A stretch of DNA of 64,000 nucleotides from Candidatus Tayloriibacteriota bacterium. GTDB lineage: Bacteria > Patescibacteriota > Minisyncoccia > Phycocordibacterales > PALSA-1337. Below are positions 1-9,176 of this stretch, one piece after another; the first letter of the stretch is position 1; every line of letters begins with the position of its first letter. The stretch spans positions 3,795-67,794 of the forward strand of contig PLXZ01000001.1 in assembly GCA_003151615.1 (NCBI GenBank), written 5' to 3'. The translations under genes were made by a program, and so were the position numbers. The notes under the pieces were generated by a model that saw only the letters and a list, made by a program, of their open reading frames with translations, had not been told where the DNA came from and ran no database searches.

Positions 1-1416
1 TTGACCGTAATTATCGCTTATTACCGCAGGAACAGAACTAACCGGCCCAAAATAAATCACCGACTGCGAATTTGCAAAGCCTTGAGATCCGTCGGCATTG
101 TTATAGAAGGTTCCGCCGGCATTATTCTTGTAGACATTTACACCCTGACTTCCCCCGTTTACCGTGACATTGAAAGTACCCGTAAGCAGAGACTCCTGCC
201 GTTTCGAATTATATGACAATTGCAGAGTCGGATAGTTGGCGACGGAAGCCGAAGCAGGCACGTTCGTAACGGGCGTTGAAGTTGCAATCGGAGCAGTTAT
301 CCAATTCGAATTGCCACAAGGGCCAATCGAGGATGTTCTCCATGCTGTATTATTTGCCATCGAATTCGAAAGCGCCGTCACTTTGCCGGCGGCGGTGGAC
401 CATGCAATACCCGTCAATTGAACGGCGCAGACATCCGCATTCGTTCCTGCGCTCAGGAATTGATATGTCACCGGAATGGTTACACTCTGATTCTGGGCGA
501 TAGTAAATGATGCGCCGTCACTCGAGAGCGTCGTATTCGACGGCTGTGAATAGCCTGCGACAAGATTAGGGCCGGAGATCACGGGTGCGCCGTCTCGATA
601 CACCTGAGCGAGATTCGTAGGCGTCGCTGAATTGCCGAAAGCAGGAGAAGTCGAATTAGGCAATCCAAGTGTTACATTCTGACCGATAGCCTGAACATTA
701 ACGTTGAAAGTAGCCCTATTTAGAATGACGCTGCTCGTAGCATTACCGAGAGGAGTTATATTTGTCGTCGTAATAGTCGGTGTTCCGGCAAGCGAAAACG
801 CGGGACCCGGGCCGGCGACGGTAATGGCATTTCCGTTTGCGGAACCGGTAAGCGCCGTAACTGCATTGTCTCTCGAATCGTATACGGCGAGATACCCTGC
901 CGCATTCGACATTGAAGCGGTTACAACCTCTTGCGAACCTGGCGTTGTCAGACCTGAGACGTCAACCTTAACCGTGAAAGGAACCGTCGTATTGATAGGA
1001 ATAGTTGCGCCTGCCGCATTGTCGCTGATCCGGAATGTAGCGACATTATTGACTACCGCGGACGACGCAATAGGCGTAGAGCCCTGATAGAGGTACGCGG
1101 CATTCACTGTTCCATTACCTGAAGGAAATATACTTACAAGAACATTGTGAAGATGAAGAGTGTCGCCCTGTGCATTAACGTCAAACACCAAAACTGGTAG
1201 ACCGAGATACTGGCCCTGTGCCGTGTTTGTTACCGGCACCGTATCTGAAAGAGGGCTTGATCCGTCGAGTGACAAAGTTGCTGAAGATGCCGAAACCGGA
1301 GTTATCGGAGTACATACCCAACCTGCCGGACAAACGACTGTCTGTGCGGAAGCCACAATCGGCGAAAATTGAAAGACGGCAAGTACGGAAAATGCTGAAA
1401 TAAGAAATCGTTTCAT
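1..1416 (-). CDS. Secreted surface/S-layer-like protein, partial (runs off the left edge; absent from the ORF track); paralog of 9177..11135
   Basis: Open frame from ATG 1416 (MKRFLISAFSVLAVFQFSPIVASAQ, signal peptide) to base 1 with no stop. Shares SLDGSSPL, QGQYLGLPV, GDTLHLH, AAYLYQGSTPI, NTTVPFTVKVDVSGLT and AQNQSVTIPVTY with the 671-aa ORF. Confidence 0.85.
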   Translation of the reverse strand, partial: MKRFLISAFSVLAVFQFSPIVASAQTVVCPAGWVCTPITPVSASSATLSLDGSSPLSDTVPVTNTAQGQYLGLPVLVFDVNAQGDTLHLHNVLVSIFPSGNGTVNAAYLYQGSTPIASSAVVNNVATFRISDNAAGATIPINTTVPFTVKVDVSGLTTPGSQEVVTASMSNAAGYLAVYDSRDNAVTALTGSANGNAITVAGPGPAFSLAGTPTITTTNITPLGNATSSVILNRATFNVNVQAIGQNVTLGLPNSTSPAFGNSATPTNLAQVYRDGAPVISGPNLVAGYSQPSNTTLSSDGASFTIAQNQSVTIPVTYQFLSAGTNADVCAVQLTGIAWSTAAGKVTALSNSMANNTAWRTSSIGPCGNSNWITAPIATSTPVTNVPASASVANYPTLQLSYNSKRQESLLTGTFNVTVNGGSQGVNVYKNNAGGTFYNNADGSQGFANSQSVIYFGPVSSVPAVISDNYGQ

Positions 1417-1451
1417 TTGTATTATTTTCTATAATTAATTGTAATAGCGTC

Positions 1452-1505
1452 ATTATACCCCCCCCGCACAAGTCCATCCACAACTTATCCCCAGTTATAT
1501 CCACA
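1452..1505. promoter_or_regulatory. Divergent promoter region with a minus-strand -10 box, a C8 tract and three DnaA-box-like 9-mers
   Basis: TATAAT on the minus strand at 1452-1457; C8 at 1458-1465; CCATCCACA 1474-1482, TTATCCCCA 1485-1493 and ATATCCACA 1497-1505 versus consensus TTATCCACA. Confidence 0.45.
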
Positions 1506-1528
1506 AAAATGCTATAGTTAAGCCATAT

Positions 1529-2416
1529 ATGCCCCGAAATAAGACTTTTATGAAGAAAATACTAACTATAATTGTCTGTATTTTTGCTGTTATCGGTTTT
1601 GTTTTGGTCGCCGTTTATGCCGCGGTCGAGCTCGGATGGACGCGAACGCCCGGAATCATCGACAATCAGCACGATTTTTTCAAAAATCAGGTTCTGAGTT
1701 CATCCTCGTCGGCTCCAACGTCATCGACGGCGACAACTGAAAACGATTCTACTTGGATTCAGTCGCCGCAATGGCAAGTTCTCAAAGTCGCCATCGCAAA
1801 AGACGCGAACGCCATCAATTTGGCCGCCAGTTCCACCGGGATTCCGGCTCGAATGATAGTGGCGCCGCTCGTTGTCGAACAATTGCGTCTTTTTTACACC
1901 GACCGCGAAGTTTTCAAGGAAGTGTTCGCGCCACTGCAGATTCTCGGCAACCAGAGTCAATTTTCCTGGGGTGTTATGGGCATAAAACAGGATACTGCCG
2001 TAGAAATTGAAAATAATCTGAAAAATCCGCAGTCTCCATACTATTTGGGAACTGATTATGAACATATTCTCGATTATACGCCTCAAAATATGACTACCGC
2101 GAGTACCTCAACCGATCCAGATACCGAACGATTCTACCGTTTGACCGACGAACATAACCGTTACTATTCATATTTATATGCGGCAGTAATGATAAAAGAG
2201 CTCGAAACCCAATGGCAAAACGCGGGCGACCCAATTGCCGACCGGCCAGACATCGTCTCTACCCTCTTCAACATCGGTTTTGAAAATTCGCATCCAAATG
2301 CCAACCCCCGGGTCGGCGGTGCGGAAATCGACATTGGTTCAACTACATTTAGTTTTGGCGGACTAGCCGGAAGTTTTTATACCTCAGACGAATTGACAAA
2401 TATTTTTCCGAGGTAA
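1529..2416 (+). CDS. Membrane-anchored hypothetical protein, possibly lysozyme/transglycosylase-like
   Basis: 295-aa ORF with an N-terminal TM helix, Ser/Thr linker and globular domain (VVEQ..., WGVMGIK, TLFNIG). Start may be 1550. Confidence 0.6.
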   Translation: MPRNKTFMKKILTIIVCIFAVIGFVLVAVYAAVELGWTRTPGIIDNQHDFFKNQVLSSSSSAPTSSTATTENDSTWIQSPQWQVLKVAIAKDANAINLAASSTGIPARMIVAPLVVEQLRLFYTDREVFKEVFAPLQILGNQSQFSWGVMGIKQDTAVEIENNLKNPQSPYYLGTDYEHILDYTPQNMTTASTSTDPDTERFYRLTDEHNRYYSYLYAAVMIKELETQWQNAGDPIADRPDIVSTLFNIGFENSHPNANPRVGGAEIDIGSTTFSFGGLAGSFYTSDELTNIFPR

Positions 2417-2439
2417 GGCACGCAAATCTACTTAATACT

Positions 2440-2494
2440 AAAACGCGCGGGTGCATGTCGCAGAGGAACTCTCAGACATGCACCCGCGCGTTTT
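2440..2494. terminator. Long perfect inverted repeat, probable bidirectional terminator
   Basis: 20-bp arms AAAACGCGCGGGTGCATGTC (2440-2459) and GACATGCACCCGCGCGTTTT (2475-2494) between convergent genes. Confidence 0.75.
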
Positions 2495-2504
2495 GTGTAT
2501 CGTG

Positions 2505-2888
2505 CTATTTATATTCCACTTTTCCGCCCGCTGTTTCGATCTGTTTCTTAACAACGTCGGCATCTTCTTTCTTCATGCCTTCCTTGATGAGAGACGGAGC
2601 TGCGTCAACGAGGTCCTTCGCTTCCTTGAGGCCGAGTCCGAGGACTTCCTTGACTACCTTGATGACTGCAATTTTCTGGGCGCCTGCATCAGCGAGATGG
2701 ATGCTCACCGTGCTCTTTTCCTCAGTTGCCGCTGCCGCCGCAGGAGCCGCCGCGACCGTAGCCGCCGCTGACACTCCGAACTTGCCTTCGAGGAACTTTA
2801 CGAGTTCGTTGAGGTCAAGCACTGACATTTTTTCAATCGCCTCGACGACTGATTTGAATTTTGCTGGAATTTCTGCGTGTTCTGACAT
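2505..2888 (-). CDS. rplL: 50S ribosomal protein L7/L12
   Basis: KFGVSAAA hinge, [19 protein letters not shown] motifs. Confidence 0.97.
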   Translation of the reverse strand: MSEHAEIPAKFKSVVEAIEKMSVLDLNELVKFLEGKFGVSAAATVAAAPAAAAATEEKSTVSIHLADAGAQKIAVIKVVKEVLGLGLKEAKDLVDAAPSLIKEGMKKEDADVVKKQIETAGGKVEYK

Positions 2889-2940
2889 GTTTTTTATAAA
2901 TTAAATTGATAAATAATAAGTTTGTGATTGTAGACCGCGA

Positions 2941-3432
2941 TTACGCCGTCTTTTTCTTCGCAATCTGATCGAGAGCGACGACAAATCCCTGAATCGGAGA
3001 ATTGATGACGTTGAGGAACATACCCCGGAGAGTATCGAGAGAGGGAATAAGCGCAATGCCTTCCATCTCTGCCTTTGTCATGAATTTTCCTTCAAAGACC
3101 CCGCCGACAATCGAAACACCCTGCTTGAATTTCTTCTGGAACGCGTATATTTCGCGGGCCGGAGCGATGAGATCGATTCCGTAAGCGATGCCCACTTCCC
3201 CTTCAAGGACCGGCATTTCACCGGTTATTTTCTTTCCCTCGAGAGCCTTGCGGGTGATGCTTTTCTTCGCAACGAAATAGCCGATGCCTTCGCTTTTCAG
3301 TTTTCTGCGGACTTCCGTCGCGCCGGAAACCTTCAAGCCGTGGAAATTGACGAAGACGAGGGACTGCGAATCATCCGCAATCTTGCTCACCTTGTCCAGA
3401 ATTTCCTTCTTCTGTACTTTTGTTCGTGCCAT
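2941..3432 (-). CDS. rplJ: 50S ribosomal protein L10
   Basis: FHGLKV..., VAKKS, LPS/IPSLDTL pattern; directly upstream of rplL; likely start MARTK at 3432. Confidence 0.95.
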   Translation of the reverse strand: MARTKVQKKEILDKVSKIADDSQSLVFVNFHGLKVSGATEVRRKLKSEGIGYFVAKKSITRKALEGKKITGEMPVLEGEVGIAYGIDLIAPAREIYAFQKKFKQGVSIVGGVFEGKFMTKAEMEGIALIPSLDTLRGMFLNVINSPIQGFVVALDQIAKKKTA

Positions 3433-3439
3433 TATTTGA

Positions 3440-3590
3440 TTGTTATGCGCCATGCAAAATGCACGGCGCTTCTGATAAAACTTGTGAACGACCTTTTATA
3501 AAGGCGAGTAGTGTGTCGAACGAAGCCGACTAACCTGGAAAGGACTTGTTCGCCGTCGTTTCGACGACGATGCCTTTCTTCTCGGGCCTT
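3440..3590 (-). promoter_or_regulatory. Putative structured leader of rplJ (possible L10 leader)
   Basis: Several hairpins on the minus strand (CGTCGTCGAAACGACGGCG; GCGCCGTGCATTTTGCATGGCGC) in the rplJ 5' UTR; family not confirmed. Confidence 0.4.
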
Positions 3591-3631
3591 ATGCGATATA
3601 ACATATCATAGGTGCGTTTTTTGGGCAAATA

Positions 3632-6562
3632 TTATTGCGCCGTATCGACATCGTCGATAAACGCCTCGAATATATCCTCGAGTTTTTGTTTGCGGGTTGA
3701 ATCCAGATTTTTGAACACCCAATGCTGGTTCTGCAAATCGGCAATAGCCTTCTGCGCCCCGGCAATCGCCTGTTTGTTTGGATTCTTCACCTCTTTAATC
3801 GGCTTTTTCTTTCTCAAGCAATCAATGATGGAATCAAGTTTGTCATGCATCATTTTTTCCTTGTACGGAGAGAGACCGAGCGAAGAAACAATTGACTGAT
3901 ATGATTCCATGTCGAGAACCGGATCATATTCGTCGTGCGGGGTCGAGGTTGCGTCTGTCGTTCCGTCGCCATTGAAATCAAACAGCATCATTTGCGTTGT
4001 TGATGCCGTCGTCGAAGTCGCGGAAAACCGCGTCGTTGTCGCCAAAACAAGTTCGGCTTTCAAAAGCGGCGTCACCGGCATATCCGCGAACATCGTATTG
4101 GTCGCATCGACGCCGTTGACGTCATGCTCCGTATCAACTTCGAACGAACCCATTCCCGTTCCGGTAAATGTCACGCGATAATCCGTTCCGTACGGAACTC
4201 TGACATAGGTATCTTCGTCATTAGGAACGTAATCACTGCCCGGAATGCCCGTTTCAAACATCCCAAGATCCGATCCGGGAATGGGATTCGGTATTGGACC
4301 GGTATGATTACCCCTACTGTCGTAGACATTTAATTCGACGGGAGAATGGATCGAGATAACGAGAGCATCCTCGTGCACATCCGCCATGGTAGGAGCCCTG
4401 TTAGAAATATATGGCGGTAATGTTTCATCTTGGTCTCCCGGCGTAGAATTAGTCGATGACGCAACTAACTTTTCCTTCACGAATGCGACTCCTGAATCCG
4501 TGCTCAAGATATCAGCATGATCATCGCCAATGATTTTGCCTTTGCTTTCCGAGCCAAGATCGAAATAATAGTCGGACGAACTGGAAATCGCGGCCGCGGC
4601 GCTCTGCAATATCACGGTTCCGTCGCCAAAGATTGTCGTGGATGCCGAATGCTCAAGGGCATTTGTGCATGTCGGGGTTGTGCCAAAAAATACCGTCATG
4701 GCGCTGTCAGAGCAAACTTTTTTTGCATAGTAGGATATTCCGGAGAGCGTTGGATTGCCCCATCCCGCGAGAATGATTGCCTTGGTCGTCGAAGCGAACG
4801 AAAAAGTATCGATCGTATCGTGGATTTTTTGCGCAGCATCAATCATTGCGGTATGAAGAATTGCCGGCAAATCCGTATCGCCGGCGGACGGTTCGGCGCG
4901 GTGATCCGAAATACCCGTCAAAAAACTGCGCAAGGCGTCATAACCGGAAACCGTCTGTTTTTCGCCTGCCAAATTGAAGTCGGCAATCGCAGACGACGTA
5001 AACGAAACGATCGAACCGAACAGACTGCTCGTGGCGTTTGAAAAATATCCGCGCGACGGCAGCAATCCGTATCCGCCCGGCATATTGTCGCCAAGTTCCC
5101 GCGCAATGCCCTGCGTTGTTATTGCTCCTCCCAGAATGCTCTGATTATCGCCGTGAAGAAGTCCGGCAATCGCTTGCGGCGTGCCCAGTTGTGGCACTGC
5201 CACCAGAATCACTTTATCAAGCAAACCTGATTCGCCTTTGTCGGCGAGAGCTTTCGCCAAGACTTTTGCAACCAAGCCGCCATTGCTATGCGCGACAATG
5301 GTAACTTTTCCTGTTTTTGAAGTGGATGCGAGCGATTGAATTGTCTGAATCAATTTTTGCGAAACCGCTGCAGTGACGTCAAAGCGCCAGTCATAAGGAT
5401 ACGCCGTCCACGAATTGATAGTCTTGTCCGCAACCACGCCATTCATCATGGCGATAAAACCTTTATAAATCGGAAACAAGCCGAGAGCGCTGTCGATAAT
5501 ATCCTTCGTATATATTCCTGAATTGACGCTCTGCCCCGTCGGCGTCATGAAAAGCTTTTGCACGTCGGCGTTTCTGTTGGGTTCCCACAATTCATTCGTC
5601 GACGTTCCAAAGAGCGATTTTTGGTCAAGATAAAGCCTACTTGATTCGATACCGGGCAAGAACAAGACATTTGAACAGCATGCGGCCGATTGCGCGTGAA
5701 TTACCGTATCCTGCGTAAGCCATGGCGCATAATCGACGTTACCGAAAATCGCGGCGCCGGTCGCGCTCGCGGGCCCTGCCGAACTTCCCCACCAATTGTT
5801 TTCGGCACTGATCGGATTATCAATTGAATTATAAATGCCGTATAAACTATTGTTCGTGATTGAACTGCTTGAAATGACAATATTGTTCACAGCCGGAGGC
5901 GTCGGAATTGTCAGGGCATGCGCTATCTCCGGCGCAAAAAGTGCCCTAAAAAATCGGGACGCGAAACCTGCGCGGGGCGTGCCGAAAGTATTTTCAAAAG
6001 TGTTTCCAGGGGTGTTTACCGCCTGAAACACCGGCGGCGGCATGGGACGTGAATATATGCCGTACCTGTTTCCGGAAATGACACTGTCGGTGATAGTGAT
6101 TGAACTTCCCTGCGCGTCAACAGCCGTGTCAGCATCGGTTATGGTGGTCGAGGAAATCCAGACATTGCTTTGGGTAATGCCCAATCCCGTCGGCACGTCA
6201 ATATGCGCATTCGAAAATGTCGACGTCGCAAACGAAATCCAAAAACCCGTCAAATTATTCAGGATTACCGGCTGGCTCGCCGTTCCGTTTACGGATAAGG
6301 TTCCACCGACGGAAAGCGAACCGGGACTGGACGAAGACGTCGTGACAGTTACGCCCGGCCCAATCGAAAGAAAAACTCCGAACGGAATATAAATATCAGC
6401 GTCGAGAATATAGGGACTGCCCGTCTTGGTCCAACTCACAGTTTGGCCAAATGCCGTGTCGGCCGTGATATGCGTCTCGGCATGGACGACCGGGGCGATA
6501 AAAATAAACGTCGCAAAAACAACAGAAACAAAAACGCGAAAAAGATTCTTCATATGATGCAA
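3632..6562 (-). CDS. Large secreted alpha/beta-hydrolase (LCAT/lipase-like) with an N-terminal beta-helix region
   Basis: Signal peptide; AENNWWG beta-helix motif; VLFLPGI..SRL, YDWR, nucleophile elbow VAHSNGGL, GTPQA, GDGTV and late His (DHADIL). Confidence 0.85.
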   Translation of the reverse strand: MHHMKNLFRVFVSVVFATFIFIAPVVHAETHITADTAFGQTVSWTKTGSPYILDADIYIPFGVFLSIGPGVTVTTSSSSPGSLSVGGTLSVNGTASQPVILNNLTGFWISFATSTFSNAHIDVPTGLGITQSNVWISSTTITDADTAVDAQGSSITITDSVISGNRYGIYSRPMPPPVFQAVNTPGNTFENTFGTPRAGFASRFFRALFAPEIAHALTIPTPPAVNNIVISSSSITNNSLYGIYNSIDNPISAENNWWGSSAGPASATGAAIFGNVDYAPWLTQDTVIHAQSAACCSNVLFLPGIESSRLYLDQKSLFGTSTNELWEPNRNADVQKLFMTPTGQSVNSGIYTKDIIDSALGLFPIYKGFIAMMNGVVADKTINSWTAYPYDWRFDVTAAVSQKLIQTIQSLASTSKTGKVTIVAHSNGGLVAKVLAKALADKGESGLLDKVILVAVPQLGTPQAIAGLLHGDNQSILGGAITTQGIARELGDNMPGGYGLLPSRGYFSNATSSLFGSIVSFTSSAIADFNLAGEKQTVSGYDALRSFLTGISDHRAEPSAGDTDLPAILHTAMIDAAQKIHDTIDTFSFASTTKAIILAGWGNPTLSGISYYAKKVCSDSAMTVFFGTTPTCTNALEHSASTTIFGDGTVILQSAAAAISSSSDYYFDLGSESKGKIIGDDHADILSTDSGVAFVKEKLVASSTNSTPGDQDETLPPYISNRAPTMADVHEDALVISIHSPVELNVYDSRGNHTGPIPNPIPGSDLGMFETGIPGSDYVPNDEDTYVRVPYGTDYRVTFTGTGMGSFEVDTEHDVNGVDATNTMFADMPVTPLLKAELVLATTTRFSATSTTASTTQMMLFDFNGDGTTDATSTPHDEYDPVLDMESYQSIVSSLGLSPYKEKMMHDKLDSIIDCLRKKKPIKEVKNPNKQAIAGAQKAIADLQNQHWVFKNLDSTRKQKLEDIFEAFIDDVDTAQ

Positions 6563-6670
6563 AAATTAAATTACTAATAATTGCACCTACGATATCAGAG
6601 TGCGATAAAATCCTGATAAAATTATCGCGATAAATTATTTCCGAGATTTTGTAAAGAGAAACGAGAAAAA

Positions 6671-7114
6671 CTACTGTATCGTAAAAGCCTGAGTTCCGAC
6701 CAAAACATGATTATTAGCCGAATTAACGAAATAGATTTGATAATTGGTTTTTGGGAATGTATTCGAAGGCACTTTGAAAGTAAAGCTCTGCTGGGTCGAT
6801 GTTGCCGTCCCGAGAACCTGTCCGATGTAAAAGCCCTTGTTTGTGACAAATTCCAAATCGAGAATGTACTTTATGGCATTCGGGTTTTTATTCTTCCACG
6901 TAAGGGTATACATCTGACCGGCGTGCAAAACAGTGGAACCGATGGCGGAGGTAATGACCGGCGGAAGCCGCAGATCGTCGGAAATAAAGGTCGACGACGC
7001 CGAAATGGATGACGAAGCAACGGCCGAAATATTCGCGGGAGTATGAATCGCAGGCGAATAGACCCCGAATAGTGTTCCGAGATAAATCAATATTGTTGCA
7101 AAAAGTGATTTCAT
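6671..7114 (-). CDS. Secreted hypothetical protein with a small Ig-like domain
   Basis: N-terminal hydrophobic helix, Ser-rich linker, beta-rich domain (GQMYTLTW...YQIYF). Confidence 0.6.
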   Translation of the reverse strand: MKSLFATILIYLGTLFGVYSPAIHTPANISAVASSSISASSTFISDDLRLPPVITSAIGSTVLHAGQMYTLTWKNKNPNAIKYILDLEFVTNKGFYIGQVLGTATSTQQSFTFKVPSNTFPKTNYQIYFVNSANNHVLVGTQAFTIQ

Positions 7115-7279
7115 AAAAGTATGTGGTTCGAAATTATCTACTTCAGATATACCTGTGAAGCATACATGACGGCGAAACTCATTGCAAGAATGAGCGTGAA
7201 GCCGATGAAAAACTTGAAAAACGTGCGATCAAAAGGGTTTACCATTGACGTAAGTATACACCGAAATTAAAACTATATC

Positions 7280-9016
7280 CTATATTCCCTTGTTGAGAAG
7301 CGCTCGAGTCGCGGGACCAACGACGCCCAATTGATCAAGGCTGTGTTTTTTCTGATACGCCTTCACGCCAGCTTCGGTTAAATCGCCGAATGTTCCCGTT
7401 ATAGGCCCTGAATAAACACCGTCGGCGGTAAGTCGTTTCTGAAGGGCCGTCACCTGCGCCCCGGTCGAGCCGTTATACAAATATTGCGTGAATACAATCG
7501 ATCCCGCGGAAGAGGAAACATCCGACGACACGTTCGAAGAAGGCGTCGCCGCGGCATTTCCAACCCAGAAGTAGGCGCTTGCGGCGCTTCCCGCCGGATT
7601 TGAGAATGTTATTGAAACCGGCATTGGCATGCTTTCATTTCCCGTCATTGAGTAACTTGCCATATACGGGCCGTTGCCGTTCCCTGTAATCGAAACAGCC
7701 GCGCCCGCAACGAGCATCGACGGAATGCTGATGCTTTGATTCGCCGTGAACGTCAGCGTCAAGGCATTCCCCGCTCCGAGAAACTGCCCGTTTTGATCAT
7801 TTGAAGAAACCGAAAACGAAGTTATGGCCGGAGCGACCGTCGTACCCGAAACCGTCGTTGTTGAACCGTTCGCGGTCGTCAACGGCAATGTCGAAACATA
7901 CGCATAGAGAATTCCGCACTGACCGTTAATTGAACAAATCTGGATATTATCTCCACCGAACGCGAGACCCGTTACGGCAACACTCGTACCGTTTACATTT
8001 GCCGTCGCAACCCCTCCGGCGGAATTAGTTGAAACATAATAAGGGCTCGTTCCACCGAGAATTGAAACGGATTGGCTCTGCCCGACTGTCAAAGTGAGAT
8101 TCGACGGACTGAAAGTGAGCGTTGTGGTTGTATTCGTCGTCACCGCAGAAGTATTCGATTGCGACACACTGACGTTTACCTGACCACACGAAGTGCTGTT
8201 ATTAGCCGAGGAACACACGCTAATAAGCGATGAACCGGGATTGACGCCCCCAACCGTTAAAATCGAACCGCTTAAATTCGCCGACACGAAACCGGAATTA
8301 GCATTGGATGAAATATAATAATTCCCCGAACCTGTTATAGCCACGGTTTGACTCTTCCCTACCACAACATTTACCGTACTCTGACTGAAGGAAATGTTCG
8401 CCGCCGAAGCCGCTGATGTCTGCACCGTAACCTGTATCGTAGCGCATCCCAACCCCGACGCACAAATCGTCAAATTCGTCGTACCCGTATTGAATGCCGT
8501 CACGGTAATTTGGTTCCCGGAAATTGAAGCGGTAGCTATCGAAGGATTTGTATTGGTCGAGAGAGTTAGAGGAGCGGAAACTGATGCGGAAATAGTCGAC
8601 GATTGTCCCGATGTCATAATGAGATTCGTCTGGCTCAATGGCAACGTTCCGGAGCTCGTAAAGCTCGGCCATGCGGAGGCCGCAGAAGCCTGACCGTCAA
8701 CCATCACATAAACTAACGCACCCGACGTTATGCCATAGGTACTAGCATCAACAGTCGTCGTCAAATAACCGCTTGAATTAGTCGTGCCGATATTGGTCGA
8801 ACTAAGGGATGATGCACCGGGATAATACAAAAGGGTCGAAGCATTCGGATCAGCCCCGTAAACCGTAATCTGCACCTGGCTACTGCCGGATGTCACCGTA
8901 TAGAGCGACATAGTCGGAATATTGGCGGCATAGGCGGGAATGGCAACTAAACCCGCGATTACAGCGACACCAATAGTTCGCAAAAAATTACGTATCATAG
9001 TTTGATATATGTTCAT
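7280..9016 (-). CDS. Surface protein with repeated Ig-like domains and a C-terminal peptidoglycan-binding domain
   Basis: Signal peptide; three repeats LSQ..V....GQS..V.I.G...YY...N....VA.A...G; C-terminal GSTGAQVTALQ...GTFGDLT...VKAYQ...GVVGPATRA. Confidence 0.85.
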   Translation of the reverse strand: MNIYQTMIRNFLRTIGVAVIAGLVAIPAYAANIPTMSLYTVTSGSSQVQITVYGADPNASTLLYYPGASSLSSTNIGTTNSSGYLTTTVDASTYGITSGALVYVMVDGQASAASAWPSFTSSGTLPLSQTNLIMTSGQSSTISASVSAPLTLSTNTNPSIATASISGNQITVTAFNTGTTNLTICASGLGCATIQVTVQTSAASAANISFSQSTVNVVVGKSQTVAITGSGNYYISSNANSGFVSANLSGSILTVGGVNPGSSLISVCSSANNSTSCGQVNVSVSQSNTSAVTTNTTTTLTFSPSNLTLTVGQSQSVSILGGTSPYYVSTNSAGGVATANVNGTSVAVTGLAFGGDNIQICSINGQCGILYAYVSTLPLTTANGSTTTVSGTTVAPAITSFSVSSNDQNGQFLGAGNALTLTFTANQSISIPSMLVAGAAVSITGNGNGPYMASYSMTGNESMPMPVSITFSNPAGSAASAYFWVGNAAATPSSNVSSDVSSSAGSIVFTQYLYNGSTGAQVTALQKRLTADGVYSGPITGTFGDLTEAGVKAYQKKHSLDQLGVVGPATRALLNKGI

Positions 9017-9098
9017 AGAATATTTAAGTTAAAACCTCTATGCAGATATTATACACCCAGAAAGGTTATTTTGTGACATGTTTTTAACATATTTAACC

Positions 9099-9138
9099 AA
9101 ACAAAAAACCACCCTTTTGAGGGGGTGGTTTTTTGTTT
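9099..9138. terminator. Rho-independent terminator downstream of the 9177..11135 gene
   Basis: AAACAAAAAACCACCC / GGGTGGTTTTTTGTTT arms. Confidence 0.85.
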
Positions 9139-9176
9139 TTCAGACTAACCTAGCGAAGTCGAAGACTTCGTTAAGA

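Noticed and set aside
1-1403. Plus-strand ORFs 1..216, 236..421, 704..1087 and 1160..1372
   Set aside because: They are antisense shadows of the real minus-strand gene starting at 1416.
1474-1505. Replication origin (oriC)
   Set aside because: Only three imperfect boxes in about 110 bp of intergenic DNA, no dnaA or dnaN nearby, and no skew analysis was possible.
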